Assembly: GCA_965227515.1 (NCBI GenBank) | Contig: CBDDFZ010000001.1 | Location: 2,112,001-2,176,000, forward strand | Source: Alphaproteobacteria bacterium | GTDB taxonomy: Bacteria; Pseudomonadota; Alphaproteobacteria; CALKHQ01 | Length of the DNA: 64,000 nt | Reading direction: 5' to 3' | Shown: in pieces, positions 10,193-20,799 of the stretch | Layout: the number at the start of each line of letters is the position of its first letter | Position numbering within the stretch: position 1 is the stretch's first letter | Program-made: the position numbers and the translations under genes | Notes under the pieces: model-generated | The model's input: only the letters and a program-made list of their open reading frames with translations | Databases searched by the model: none | What the model was told of the DNA's origin: nothing

Positions 10193-10933
10193 TCAGCCCA
10201 ACGCCCCGCCATCCCGCAGCACGGCGTCGGCGGCGGCGGTGTAGCTGCCGTCGGGCGCGTGCAGCATCAGCCCCGGCTGCAAACTGAAGGGCGCGCGCAC
10301 GCCCTTGCGCGCGGTCACGATCACCCGGCGGGCCGGCTCGCCCGCCTTCGGCCAGATCGGCAGCACCGAGATGCCACCGGCGCCATGGGCGCGGAGGGCC
10401 GCGATCGCCTCGTCCAGCCGGTCGGCCCGGTGCACCAGGCTCAGCCCGCGCTTGCGCGGCAGGTGGCTGAGCGCGATCGCAATCCAGCCATCGAGGTCCG
10501 GCGTGTCCTCCACGTCCGCCGCGGCGCGGCCCGCATGGGGCGAGGGATGGCCATGGTCGGCGGGCAGGTAGGGCGGGTTGAGGGTGACGTGGTCGACGGG
10601 CCGGCCAATGGCCGCGGCAGCCACGTCTACGACGTCGCCCGCGATAACTGCCATCCGGTCCGCCCAGCCATTCAGCGCGGCATTCTCGCGGGCCAGTTCG
10701 GCGATCCCGGGGTCGCGCTCGATGCCGGTGACCGCGACGTCCGCCCGCCGCGCCAGCAGGCACAGCGCCACCGCGCCGGTGCCGGTGCCCAGGTCCAGCA
10801 CATGGGCGTTCGGCGGCGGGTCGGCGGCGGCGGCCAGCAGCACAGGGTCGACGGCGGCGCGATAGCCCTCCGCCGGCTGGCGCAGCCGCACCCGGCCGCC
10901 CAGCAGCGCATCCTCGGTCGTGGCAATCGCCAA
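10193..10933 (-). CDS. tRNA1(Val) A37 N6-methyltransferase-like (TrmN6/YfiC family)
   Basis: LRQP..GYRAAVDPVLLAA, VLDLGTGTG, NPPY; TTG start at 10933 inferred. Confidence 0.85.
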   Translation of the reverse strand: MAIATTEDALLGGRVRLRQPAEGYRAAVDPVLLAAAADPPPNAHVLDLGTGTGAVALCLLARRADVAVTGIERDPGIAELARENAALNGWADRMAVIAGDVVDVAAAAIGRPVDHVTLNPPYLPADHGHPSPHAGRAAADVEDTPDLDGWIAIALSHLPRKRGLSLVHRADRLDEAIAALRAHGAGGISVLPIWPKAGEPARRVIVTARKGVRAPFSLQPGLMLHAPDGSYTAAADAVLRDGGALG

Positions 10934-10938
10934 TGGCG

Positions 10939-11157
10939 TCAGAGCGGGTGGCCGGCAGCGCGGCCCTCCGCCAACAGTTCCCGTGCCGCCTCGAAATCCT
11001 CGTCCAGCACCATCAGGCGGCGCGGGATGGCGCCGATACTGCCCTCCAGCACGCTCATCTGGCCGTCCATCACGATGGCGTGGATGCCGGCGCCCTCCAA
11101 CTGCACCGTCAGCCACGACAAGGCCACCAAATCGTTGGTGCGGATCAGTTCGCGCAT
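10939..11157 (-). CDS. DUF2007 family protein
   Basis: MRELIRTNDLV...SVLEGSIGAIPRRLMV; usual position divergent from ispB in Alphaproteobacteria. Confidence 0.85.
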   Translation of the reverse strand: MRELIRTNDLVALSWLTVQLEGAGIHAIVMDGQMSVLEGSIGAIPRRLMVLDEDFEAARELLAEGRAAGHPL

Positions 11158-11372
11158 GACGTCCTCTCATGCTTGCGGACAACGCGACATAGCGGCGCGT
11201 GGAACGGGCTCGGCTTGACCGGCTGCATGGTGCCTCTATGCTTGTCCGTTAGACTGCGGTTGGGTGTGCCGACATCGCAGGCGATCCAGTATGGCACCCC
11301 GCCGACGGCTTGTCCTGCCACGATGCTAAGTCCGCATGATGACAGGAACCCCACCATGGTAGGAACCACCGC

Positions 11373-12401
11373 GTGGCGACCATAGTACGAGACGCAACCG
11401 AACCGGGGCCCAGCCAGGCGCCGACGCCATCGATCGATGCGCTGGTCGATCTGGTCAGCGACGACCTGGGCCGCGTCAACCAGTTGATCGTCGATCACAT
11501 GGACAGCCCGGTGGCCCTGATCCCGCAGCTCGCCGGGCACCTCATCGCGGCCGGCGGCAAGCGCCTGCGCCCGATGCTGACGTTGGCCGCGTCGCGCATG
11601 TGCGGCTATGCCGGCGACCGGCACCTGGGGCTGGCCGCGTGTGTCGAGTTCATCCACTCCGCCACCCTGCTGCACGACGACGTGGTGGACGAAAGCCAGC
11701 TCCGCCGGGGCCTGGATACCGCCAATGCGGTCTGGGGCAACCAGGCCAGCGTGCTGGTCGGCGACTTCCTGTTCAGCCGCGCGTTCCAGCTCATGGTCGC
11801 CGACGGCTCGCTGGAGGTGCTGGAGATCCTGTCCGGTGCTTCTGCAATTATCGCCCAGGGCGAGGTGCAGCAGCTCGCCACCACCAACAATATCGAGACG
11901 ACGCTGGACGACTATCTGGGCGTCATCCGCGCCAAGACCGCGGCGCTGTTCGCCGCCGCCGCATCCATCGGCGCCGTGGTGGCCGACCGCCCGCCGGAGG
12001 AGCGCGACCGCCTGCACGAGTTCGGCATGAACCTGGGCATCGTGTTCCAGCTCGTCGACGACCTGCTCGACTATGCCGCCGACGAGGCGGTGCTGGGCAA
12101 GACCGTTGGCGACGACTTCCGCGAGGGCAAGATGACGCTGCCGGTGGTGCTGGCGGTGGAGCGCGGCGCCGACGAGGAGCGCGCGTTCTGGCAGCGTGTG
12201 ATGGGCGACCTGGACCAGCATGACGGCGATTTCGGCCGCGCGATGGCGCTGATGCAGCGCCACGGCTCCCTGGACGAAACCCGGGCCCAGGCCCACGCCT
12301 ATGGCGACGCGGCCAGGGCCGCGCTGGCCGGCTTCCCGCCCAATCCCCACCAGCGCGCGCTGATGGACCTGATCGACTTCTGCATCGCCCGGGTGGCCTA
12401 G
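11373..12401 (+). CDS. ispB: Polyprenyl (octa/decaprenyl) diphosphate synthase
   Basis: GGKRLRP, LHDDVVD (FARM), FQLVDDLLD (SARM), GDDFREGK. Confidence 0.93.
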   Translation: MATIVRDATEPGPSQAPTPSIDALVDLVSDDLGRVNQLIVDHMDSPVALIPQLAGHLIAAGGKRLRPMLTLAASRMCGYAGDRHLGLAACVEFIHSATLLHDDVVDESQLRRGLDTANAVWGNQASVLVGDFLFSRAFQLMVADGSLEVLEILSGASAIIAQGEVQQLATTNNIETTLDDYLGVIRAKTAALFAAAASIGAVVADRPPEERDRLHEFGMNLGIVFQLVDDLLDYAADEAVLGKTVGDDFREGKMTLPVVLAVERGADEERAFWQRVMGDLDQHDGDFGRAMALMQRHGSLDETRAQAHAYGDAARAALAGFPPNPHQRALMDLIDFCIARVA

Positions 12402-13321
12402 GCGCCCTTCGTTTCGGTTTTGGCGAGGCTGTTGCTGAGCCAGTCCGGCAGTGCCGGCGCCAGCACCGCTCCGTCGCCGGTGGTGATCGGGTCGCCATCC
12501 AATGCGTCCAGCTTCACCATCGCCAGCACATGGTCGCCGTTGCCGGCGTGGACCGTGCCGACCTCGCGGTCGCCCTGTTGCAGCACGGTGCCCGCGGCAG
12601 GCAGTTCGCCCTCGACCTTGAGCGGCATCAGGCGCTTGCGGATCAGAGCGCGGTAGTGGGTGCGCGCGGTCAGTTCCTGGCCCAGGAAGCAGCCCTTGTC
12701 CCAGTCGACGCCATTCAGCTCGGCAAAGCCGTTCTCCAGCAGGATGGATTTCTCCACCTCCAGGTCGCGGCTGCCGTCGGGGACGCCGAGCGCGATGCGC
12801 TGTCGGTCCCATTCGTCCGGGCCGGCCTCGGCGGCGTTGCGGCCGTGCCACCAGTCGGGCTGGTCACTGGGCACCAGCAGCCGCACCCCAAGTTCGGCGC
12901 GGCGCGGGTCGACCCAGGCGAGCGCACCGTCGACGACGCCAGCGGCACCCGGCGCCTCGCCCAAGCCAAGGTCGTGTGCCGCATCTCCAGTCGCCGCGTA
13001 CACGGCGTAGGTATCGTCCATGTCGCCGATCGTCACCTTGGCGCGCAGGCGATAGAGCGACAGCCGCTTGATCAGGTGCGCGCGCCGCTCGTGCTCGCAC
13101 TCCAGCAGGTAGCGCGGCGCCTCGGTCGCCGCCGGGTCGCGGACCACCGAAAACTCGTGCAGGAACTTGCCTTGCGGGGTCAGGAACGCGGCCCAAATCG
13201 CGCGCTCCGGGGTGGCCTTGCGCACGTCGTTGCTGACCAGCCCTTGCAGGAAGGTCTCGGCATCCGGCCCCTCTACCGCAATGGCGCTGCGCCAGTCCAG
13301 CCGGCAATAGGTCGTCGTCAT
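12398..13321 (-). CDS. ygfZ: Folate-binding Fe-S cluster repair protein YgfZ
   Basis: FLQGLVSND, LTPQGK, KGCFLGQE signature. Confidence 0.93.
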   Translation of the reverse strand: MTTTYCRLDWRSAIAVEGPDAETFLQGLVSNDVRKATPERAIWAAFLTPQGKFLHEFSVVRDPAATEAPRYLLECEHERRAHLIKRLSLYRLRAKVTIGDMDDTYAVYAATGDAAHDLGLGEAPGAAGVVDGALAWVDPRRAELGVRLLVPSDQPDWWHGRNAAEAGPDEWDRQRIALGVPDGSRDLEVEKSILLENGFAELNGVDWDKGCFLGQELTARTHYRALIRKRLMPLKVEGELPAAGTVLQQGDREVGTVHAGNGDHVLAMVKLDALDGDPITTGDGAVLAPALPDWLSNSLAKTETKGA

Positions 13322-13424
13322 GGCCACTCCGTCTCGCCTCGGCCCGCGCGGACGCGGTGCGGCCATTGATGTGAGTGCATTGCGCGCGCTTGGCAAGCCG
13401 GCAGGGGCTGCGTATAAGCGCGCC

Positions 13425-14489
13425 ATGCACATTACCATCGTCGACGACAGCTTTCCCTATGACGCCACCGTGCTGGACGGGCCCGCGGGCGCCATGGAAA
13501 AGGCCGTGGCCCAGCTCGCACTGGCGCTGACCAAGCGGGACCATTCGGTCCAGGTATTCACTCGCTGCACCGACCCGCCGCCGCTGGAAGCGGTGAGCTG
13601 GAAGTCGATGAACGATGTGCGGCCCGATATGACCGACGTGCTGATCGCCTGCCGGCGCCCGTCGCTGCTGGCGGCGGTGTCGCAGGCGCGGGCACGGGTG
13701 CTGTGGGCGAACGCGCCGGGCCAGGTGCTGCTGGCACCGTCCCACAAGCAGCGGCTGCGGGCGTTCGACGCCCATGTGGTGCTGTTGAGCCAGTATCACG
13801 ACCAGACCTGGGACGGCGAGGACTTGCCGCCATCCACGGTGATCCCGTTCGGCGTGGCCGCGCCTTACCTGGAGCGCAAGCCGATGAAGCCGGACGACGA
13901 CCCGGCGATTGCCGTCGTCACCTGCGATCCACGCCATGACCTGGATTGGGTGATCCACACCTGGACCGACCACGTCCACCCGATCGCGCCCAAGGCGGAG
14001 CTGCATATCTATTCCGCCGCACTGGCGGACATGGCGGCCGGTGCGGAGTCGCCGGACGAGACCATCCGCGCCGCCCACAAGCTGGCGGTCGCCTCCAAGA
14101 TGCGCAAGGTCAGGGTAAAGGCGCCGGTCAGCGACGCCGAGATGGTGGAGGTCTATCGCAACGCACGCGTGCACATGCACCCCGGCCACGCGCTCGATAT
14201 GGCCTGCGGCACCCTGCAGGAGAGCCAGTCGCTGGGCGTGCCGGCGGTGGTGCGTCCGCTGGGGGCTGGCGTCGAGCAGGTGCGCGACGGGCTGTCCGGT
14301 GCCATCACCGACGACCCGGCCGTGTTCGGCACCGCGGCGCTGAAGCTGCTCAACAACGATTCGGAATACCGCCGGATGAGCTCGCAGGCGCGCTTCCACC
14401 AGGGTGTGCGCTCCTGGGACACCGCGGCCGGCGACTTCGAGGAGCTCTTTGACAGCCTGCTGGCGCAGAGCGAACCTGAGGCGGCCTAG
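13425..14489 (+). CDS. Glycosyltransferase family 4 (GT-B)
   Basis: GAMEKAVAQLALAL N-terminal motif, LQESQSLGVPAV, EQVRDGLSG, SWD..A C-terminus. Confidence 0.8.
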   Translation: MHITIVDDSFPYDATVLDGPAGAMEKAVAQLALALTKRDHSVQVFTRCTDPPPLEAVSWKSMNDVRPDMTDVLIACRRPSLLAAVSQARARVLWANAPGQVLLAPSHKQRLRAFDAHVVLLSQYHDQTWDGEDLPPSTVIPFGVAAPYLERKPMKPDDDPAIAVVTCDPRHDLDWVIHTWTDHVHPIAPKAELHIYSAALADMAAGAESPDETIRAAHKLAVASKMRKVRVKAPVSDAEMVEVYRNARVHMHPGHALDMACGTLQESQSLGVPAVVRPLGAGVEQVRDGLSGAITDDPAVFGTAALKLLNNDSEYRRMSSQARFHQGVRSWDTAAGDFEELFDSLLAQSEPEAA

Positions 14490-14649
14490 ATCGGGATTGG
14501 CTGGCGCTCAGGTCCTCAGGCGACTGCCTTTGCGGCAAGTCCGAGCTTCATTTGACCCGCCATTGGTTCGGATGCCACCCAAATTTAGGCGGTTCTTAAT
14601 CTTGATCGTTGAAGTTGGCCCCGAACGCGTGCCAGTCGGGAGTCACACC

Positions 14650-15123
14650 ATGAACGCGACCTATTTCGATACGGTGCTGCTGATCGAGCGGCTGCACCGC
14701 CACTTCCTGGAGCTCGTGAAGGTCGAGATCGACCGCCGCGGGATCGCTGACATCAACAACGTCCAGGCGCTGATTCTCTACAACATCGGCGAAGAGGACA
14801 TGACCGTCGGCGAGTTGACCCTGCGCGGCTACTATCTCGGGTCCAACGTGTCGTACAACGTCAAGAAGATGGTCGAGAACGACTATCTGGTGCAGGAGCG
14901 CTCCACCCACGACCGCCGCTCGATCCGGGTGCGGTTGTCGGAGAAGGGCCTGAACCTGCGCAACCAGATGAGCGACGTGTTCTCGCAGCACATCGAGGCG
15001 TTGGACGAGCACAATGTCGGCATCGACACGCTGGAAGACGTGAACAAGCAGCTTCGCCGCCTGGAGCGGTTCTGGACCAACATGGCCGACTTCGCCATGC
15101 GCGCGCCCCGTATCGCTGCCTAG
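14650..15123 (+). CDS. MarR-family winged-helix regulator, LdtR-like
   Basis: ERLHR, DINNVQALILYNIG, RGYYLGSNVSYNVKK, DRRS motifs. Confidence 0.88.
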   Translation: MNATYFDTVLLIERLHRHFLELVKVEIDRRGIADINNVQALILYNIGEEDMTVGELTLRGYYLGSNVSYNVKKMVENDYLVQERSTHDRRSIRVRLSEKGLNLRNQMSDVFSQHIEALDEHNVGIDTLEDVNKQLRRLERFWTNMADFAMRAPRIAA

Positions 15124-15194
15124 GGCATCGCTGCCTGACTTGTTGCTGTTGAGGCACGCGGCCTGAGCCCTAACCAGTTTTCCTGACTGGCCCG

Positions 15195-15230
15195 ACCGGC
15201 GCCCGGCGACACTGCCGCGGCGCCGGTTTT
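15195..15230 (+). terminator. Probable intrinsic terminator after the MarR gene
   Basis: ACCGGCGCC...GGCGCCGGT stem followed by TTTT. Confidence 0.55.
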
Positions 15231-15254
15231 GCGTGTTCCCATCAGAATGACCTC

Positions 15255-15432
15255 GTCGCCCTCGCCCTTGTGGCGAGGGCCCATTTGTGTGCGGGGCGAG
15301 GCGTGCGCCAATGCATGCTCACATTCGGCGACACCAAACCAAAACGGCCGCTCGCCAGGTAGACTTCCGACTGTTGTGCAGTCATCGGCGTGTCGGCCGT
15401 GAATGGGTCCTCGCCACAAGGGCGAGGACGAC
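15255..15432. repeat. Palindromic repeat doublet, family A
   Basis: GTCGCCCTCGCCCTTGTGGCGAGGGCCCATT ... AATGGGTCCTCGCCACAAGGGCGAGGACGAC between convergent genes. Confidence 0.85.
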
Positions 15433-15481
15433 AATTGGTATGAATGGAAACCTGCAGCGCGCCCCGCGCTACTCCCCGGGG

Positions 15482-16501
15482 CTACTCCACCGTCCAGACG
15501 CGGCCGCGGTGGACCATCGCCTTGACCGCGTCGCGCGGGTCGGCATCGCTGCCGGCGTACTCGGCATCGCGCAGGCTGTAGGGTGCGGCCGGCTCGCAAT
15601 AGAGCACGCCGAGCGCGGTCGGGAACTCCGGACCGCCCATCCGCGCCAGCATCGCCGCCAGCGTCGGGTTGGTCTCGTCGTGGACCAGCAACTCGTCCTC
15701 GCTGCGCCCGCCTTCGCCCACCGGCACCACCTCCAGCGACAGCGACCGGGTGTTCAGCATGATGCCGCGGTTGCGCTCCTTGCCGAAAACCATCGGCTGG
15801 CCGTGCTCCAGGTAGATCGTGTGATCGGCGCCGGTCTTCTTGTTGGTCACCTCGTCAAAGACAGCATCGTTGTAGATGATGCAGTTCTGCAGGATCTCCA
15901 CGAACGACGCGCCGGCATGCTCCTTGGCGCGCTTCAGCACCACAGGCATGTGCTTCTGCAAAGTGTCGGCGGAGCGGGCGACGAAGCGCGCGCCGGCCCC
16001 CAGCGCGAACACGCACGGGGCCGCATTGGCGTCGCGCGACCCGCCGGGGCTGGACGGCGAGCGGGTGCCGGGCCGCGAGGTCGGCGAGTACTGGCCCTTG
16101 GTGAGCCCGTAGATCTCGTTGTTGAACAGCAGTAGCTGCACATCGACGTTGCGGCGCAGGATGTGGAACAGGTGGTTGCCGCCGATCGACATGCCATCGC
16201 CGTCGCCGGTGACGATCCACACGTCCAGTTCCGGGTTGGCCATCTTGACGCCGGTGGCAATCGCCGGCGCGCGGCCATGGATGGTGTGGAACCCGTAGGT
16301 CGCCATGTAGTAGGGGAAGCGCGACGAGCAGCCGATGCCGGAGACGAACACCGTGTTGTGCGGTGTGGCACCCAGGTCGGCCAGGGTCTGGCGCACCGAC
16401 TTCAGGATCGCGTAGTCACCGCAGCCGGGGCACCAGCGCACTTCCTGGTCGGTCTCGAAATCCTTGGCCGTAAGGGCCGAGGGCTGGACGATTTCGTTCA
16501 T
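15482..16501 (-). CDS. korB: 2-oxoacid:ferredoxin oxidoreductase beta subunit
   Basis: WCPGCGD, SGIGCSSR, HTIHGR, GDGD TPP motif, YGLTKGQYSPT. Confidence 0.93.
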   Translation of the reverse strand: MNEIVQPSALTAKDFETDQEVRWCPGCGDYAILKSVRQTLADLGATPHNTVFVSGIGCSSRFPYYMATYGFHTIHGRAPAIATGVKMANPELDVWIVTGDGDGMSIGGNHLFHILRRNVDVQLLLFNNEIYGLTKGQYSPTSRPGTRSPSSPGGSRDANAAPCVFALGAGARFVARSADTLQKHMPVVLKRAKEHAGASFVEILQNCIIYNDAVFDEVTNKKTGADHTIYLEHGQPMVFGKERNRGIMLNTRSLSLEVVPVGEGGRSEDELLVHDETNPTLAAMLARMGGPEFPTALGVLYCEPAAPYSLRDAEYAGSDADPRDAVKAMVHRGRVWTVE

Positions 16502-16502
16502 C

Positions 16503-18392
16503 CTAATTCTCCAGGATGGCGTTGATCTCGGCCGTGATCTCCGCGACCTTGAACGGCTGGCCGGTCACCTTGGTCATGCTGCGGAATTGCCGGTCGAACT
16601 GAGAGCGCAGCAGCAGCGAGAGCTGGCCGGTGTTCATCTCCGGCACTAGCACGGTGTCGTAGCCATCCAGCAGCGCTTCCAGGTTGCGCGGCAGCGGCCA
16701 GATGTTGCGCAGGTGGATGTGGGCGACGTCCTGGCCGCGCACCCGCGCGCGCAGGGCGGCGATGCGGATCGGCCCATAGGTCGACCCCCAGCCCAGGATC
16801 GCCAGCCGCCCGCTCTTCGGCCCCAGCTCAACTTCCTGCTCCGGCAGAAAGTTCGCGATATTGGCGATGCGGTTCACCCGCACGTCGGTCATGCGCTGGT
16901 GGTTGGCCGGCAGGTAGGAGACGTTGCCGTTGTCGTAGTCCTTCTCCAGCCCGCCGATGCGGTGGGTGAAGCCCTCCATGCCCGGCACCGCCCAGTTGCG
17001 GGCCAGGGTTTCGGAGTCGCGGCGATACGGGTGGAAGCTTTCTGTGTCGCTGGCGAACTTCGCCGGGAACGGTGCGAACGCGTCGCTGTCGATATCCGGC
17101 AACAGCCAGGGCTCGGCCACGTTGGCGATATAGCCGTCCGACAGCAGGATCACCGGGGTCATGAACGTGGTGGCGATGCGCGCCGCCTCCACAGCGCAGG
17201 CGAAACAATCGCCGGGGTGGGAGGCTGCGATCACCGGCACCGGCGCGTCGCCGTTGCGGCCGAACATCGCCTGCAACAGGTCGGACTGCTCGGTCTTCGT
17301 TGGCAGGCCGGTGGAAGGCCCGCCACGCTGCACGTCGATCACGATCAGCGGCAGTTCGGTAACGATGGCCAGCCCCAGCGCCTCGGTCTTCAATGCCAGG
17401 CCGGGGCCGGACGAGGAGGTGACGCCGAGCTTGCCGGCGTAGGACGCGCCGATGGCGGCACAGATCGCCGCGATCTCGTCCTCGGCCTGGAAGGTGGTGA
17501 CGTCGGCCTGCTTCTCGCGCGCCAGCAGGTGCAGCAGCGGCGACGCCGGCGTGATCGGGTAGGAGGCGAAGAACAGCCCCAGCCCGGAAAGCTTGGTGGC
17601 CGCGGCCAGCCCCAGCGCCAGGCTCTCCGACCCGGTGATGGTGCGGTATTCGCCGGGGGTGATGCGGGCGGCCGGAATGTCGTACCGGCTGACCGTGGCG
17701 CCCACCTCGACCGTCTCGCCATAGGCATGGCCGGCGTTCAGCGCGGCGATGTTGGCGTCGGCGATGTCGGGCTTGGTCTTGAACTTGTCGGTCAGCCATT
17801 CGGTGACCACGGTGCGGCGCTGGCCGAACATCCAGAGCACCAGCCCCAGCGTCCACATGTTCTTGCAGCGCAGCTTGTCCTTCTTGCCCAGCGCGCTGTC
17901 GGCCACTGACTCCAGGGTCAGGGCGGAGATATCGATCTCCATCACCTTGAACTTTTCCAGCTCGCTGGTACCGCGCGGGTCGTCCTCGTAGCCGGCCTTG
18001 GCCAGGCTGCGCGCATCGAACGAGCCGGAGTCGAGGATCAACAGCCCGCCGTCGCGCAGGTCGGCGATGTGCGTCTTCAGCGCCGCCGGGTTCAGCGCCA
18101 CCAGCACGTCGGGCTGATCGCCGAAGGTCTGGATCTCGGTGCGCCCGATGTTGATGGAATAGGACGACACGCCATAGGTGGTGCCGGCCGGGGCGCGGAT
18201 TTCCGCGGGATAATCGGGGAAGGTGGCGAAGTCGTTGCCCGCTGCCGCGCTCGATTCTGCAAAGCGCGTACCTGTGAGCTGAATGCCGTCGCCGCTGTCG
18301 CCGGCGAAGCGGACGCGCACGAAGTCGACGCCCGGCTCCATCGGCACATTACTGAATGCGTCGTCAGACTCCGCTGCGGCGCTGGTCGTCAT
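16503..18392 (-). CDS. korA: 2-oxoacid:ferredoxin oxidoreductase alpha subunit
   Basis: FAGDSGDG, PAEIRAPAG, YPITP, QAEDEIAA, QRGGPSTGLPTK; start 18392 or 18401. Confidence 0.93.
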   Translation of the reverse strand: MTTSAAAESDDAFSNVPMEPGVDFVRVRFAGDSGDGIQLTGTRFAESSAAAGNDFATFPDYPAEIRAPAGTTYGVSSYSINIGRTEIQTFGDQPDVLVALNPAALKTHIADLRDGGLLILDSGSFDARSLAKAGYEDDPRGTSELEKFKVMEIDISALTLESVADSALGKKDKLRCKNMWTLGLVLWMFGQRRTVVTEWLTDKFKTKPDIADANIAALNAGHAYGETVEVGATVSRYDIPAARITPGEYRTITGSESLALGLAAATKLSGLGLFFASYPITPASPLLHLLAREKQADVTTFQAEDEIAAICAAIGASYAGKLGVTSSSGPGLALKTEALGLAIVTELPLIVIDVQRGGPSTGLPTKTEQSDLLQAMFGRNGDAPVPVIAASHPGDCFACAVEAARIATTFMTPVILLSDGYIANVAEPWLLPDIDSDAFAPFPAKFASDTESFHPYRRDSETLARNWAVPGMEGFTHRIGGLEKDYDNGNVSYLPANHQRMTDVRVNRIANIANFLPEQEVELGPKSGRLAILGWGSTYGPIRIAALRARVRGQDVAHIHLRNIWPLPRNLEALLDGYDTVLVPEMNTGQLSLLLRSQFDRQFRSMTKVTGQPFKVAEITAEINAILEN

Positions 18393-18702
18393 GCCGTCCA
18401 ATGTTCAACCCCTAGAATTCGAATGATCGCCGATCGAAAAGCTGTGGACGCTCGTCGTCTGGCTGCTCGATGGTGCTTGGCCAATGCGCGTCGCATCGCA
18501 GCTAATCGTTCCCCCGCTGCGTGTGACCGATACAAGCCTTGCAGATCGGTATAAGCCTTACAGCCCGGCCACGTCGAGCAATCTCACCGATTCGTGCCCA
18601 ATTTGCGATCACACTGGGCAATTCCACAGCGTTATGTGGTCGTCCGGGGTCGGCGGGCAAGGTGCCCATGGGATAAAGTATCGGCATGAGAATGAGGGGC
18701 GC

Positions 18703-20769
18703 ATGGCTGGCCCGATGACCGGTGCGACCGCCGGACCCATTGTCGGCGTGGATGTCGGGGGCACGTTCACCGACCTGATCCTGATCGACCCGGCGGCGGA
18801 TATTGGCGTGCGCCTGGCCAAGACGCCGACGACACCCGATAACCAGGCATTCGGCGTGCTGGCGGCGCTGGAGGCGACCGGCGTCGCGCCCGAGACGCTG
18901 GACGCCATCGTCCACGGCACCACGACCACCACCAATGCGCTCTTGGAGCGCAAGCTCGCCCGCACCGGGCTGATCACCACGGCAGGGTTCCGCGACGTGC
19001 TGGAGGTCGGCAGGCGCACCCGGCCCAGCCCCTATGGCATGGTCGGCACCTTCACGCCGATCATCCCGCGCCCGCTGCGGCTGGAAGTTGCGGAGCGGAT
19101 GGACGCCGCAGGCGAGGTGCTGACGCCTCTGGACGAGGACAGCGTGCGCGCGGCCGTTGCCACGCTGCTGGCGGCCGGTTGCGAAGCGCTGGTCATCCAC
19201 TTCCTGCACGCCTACGCCAACCCGGCGCACGAGCGCCGCGCCGCCGAGATCGCGGCCGAGACCTGGCCGAATGCCTACATTACCATGGGCCACGCCCTGC
19301 TGTCGGAATACCGCGAGTACGAGCGCGGGGTGACGGCGGCGGTCAACGCCTCGGTGCAGCCGATCCTGGAGCGCTATGTCGCCCGGCTGACCGACGAACT
19401 CGCCGCGCGGGGCTACACGCGCTCCTGGTTCGTGATGAACGGCAATGGCGGCATGGTGGCGGCCGATACAGTGGCGCGGGAGGCGGCGAAGACCGTGATG
19501 TCCGGCCCGGCCTCGGGCGTGATGGCGGCTGCCTACACGGCGCGCCGGGCAGGCTTTGCCGACATCATCACCTACGACATGGGCGGCACCTCCAGCGACG
19601 TGGCGCTGATCCAGGGTGCGGTGCCGGCGGTGAGCCACGAGCTGGAGATCGAATACGCGCTGCCGATCCACGTGCCGATGGTGGACGTGCGCACCATCGG
19701 TGCCGGCGGCGGCTCGATCGCGCGGCTCGACGGGGCCGGCATGTTGCGGGTGGGGCCGGAAAGCGCCGGCGCCGACCCCGGCCCGATCTATTACGGTCGC
19801 GGCGGGACGGTGCCCACTGTCTCCGATGCCAACCTCGTTCTGGGTCGCCTGAACGCCGAGACGGTGCTGAAGGCGGATGCCGGCGTATCGCTGGACGATG
19901 TCCGCGCAGCGCTGGACGACGCGATTGCCGGGCCGTTGGGCGTCACGGTTGAAGAGGCGGCGGACGCCATCGTGCGGGTCGCCAACCTGCAGATGGCCGG
20001 CGCCATCCGCATGGTCTCCATCGACAAGGGCCACGACCCGCGCGGGTTCGCGCTGTTCGCCTTCGGGGGCGCGGGGCCGCTGCATGCCGCCGATCTGGCG
20101 CGCGAGCTTGGCATCCCCAAGGTGCTGGTGCCGGCGCGGCCGGGCATCACCAACGCGCTCGGTTGCCTGGTTGCCGACCTGCGCCACGATCTGGTGAACA
20201 CGCTCAACCGGCCGCTGGATGTGGTCGACATGGACGAGGTCGCGGCGACCTGGCGCGCCCAGGTGGCGCAGGGACGCGCCGCCATCGAGGCGACCCCGAT
20301 GTCTGTGGAGCGCATCGAGGTGCGGCACACCGCCGACATGCAGTTCATCGGCCAGACCCACCTGCTGACCGTGTCAGTCGACGACCCCGGCCTGTCGCGC
20401 GCCGACTTGCAGGCGCTGTTCGAGGCCGCCTACGACGCCCGCTTCCATGTGCAGTTGCCGGAGATCAGGGCCAATCTGGTCAATCTGAACACCTCGGTCA
20501 TCGGCGTGCGCCCGCCGCTCGACCTCGGGGTGCTGCTGGAGGGCGACCGCCGCGCCACGGTGGCCGAAGCGCGGGTCGGCAGCCGCGACGTCTGGTTCGG
20601 GAACGGTTGGACGGAGACGCCGGTCTATCGGCGCGAGCGCCTGCCGCGCGATGCCCACCTCGACGGCCCCGCGATCGTGGAACAGATGGACACCACCGTC
20701 GTCCTGCCGCCCGGCACCGCCGCCACGGCCGACGAGGACGGCAATCTGGTGGTGGAGGTTGGTCGGTGA
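18703..20769 (+). CDS. Hydantoinase A / 5-oxoprolinase family subunit
   Basis: GVDVGGTFTD, HGTT, SGPASG, DMGGTS, GAGGGS, FGGAGPLH. Confidence 0.93.
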   Translation: MAGPMTGATAGPIVGVDVGGTFTDLILIDPAADIGVRLAKTPTTPDNQAFGVLAALEATGVAPETLDAIVHGTTTTTNALLERKLARTGLITTAGFRDVLEVGRRTRPSPYGMVGTFTPIIPRPLRLEVAERMDAAGEVLTPLDEDSVRAAVATLLAAGCEALVIHFLHAYANPAHERRAAEIAAETWPNAYITMGHALLSEYREYERGVTAAVNASVQPILERYVARLTDELAARGYTRSWFVMNGNGGMVAADTVAREAAKTVMSGPASGVMAAAYTARRAGFADIITYDMGGTSSDVALIQGAVPAVSHELEIEYALPIHVPMVDVRTIGAGGGSIARLDGAGMLRVGPESAGADPGPIYYGRGGTVPTVSDANLVLGRLNAETVLKADAGVSLDDVRAALDDAIAGPLGVTVEEAADAIVRVANLQMAGAIRMVSIDKGHDPRGFALFAFGGAGPLHAADLARELGIPKVLVPARPGITNALGCLVADLRHDLVNTLNRPLDVVDMDEVAATWRAQVAQGRAAIEATPMSVERIEVRHTADMQFIGQTHLLTVSVDDPGLSRADLQALFEAAYDARFHVQLPEIRANLVNLNTSVIGVRPPLDLGVLLEGDRRATVAEARVGSRDVWFGNGWTETPVYRRERLPRDAHLDGPAIVEQMDTTVVLPPGTAATADEDGNLVVEVGR

Positions 20770-20799
20770 CGCCGGGTTCGGCCATAGCCTACCCAAACA

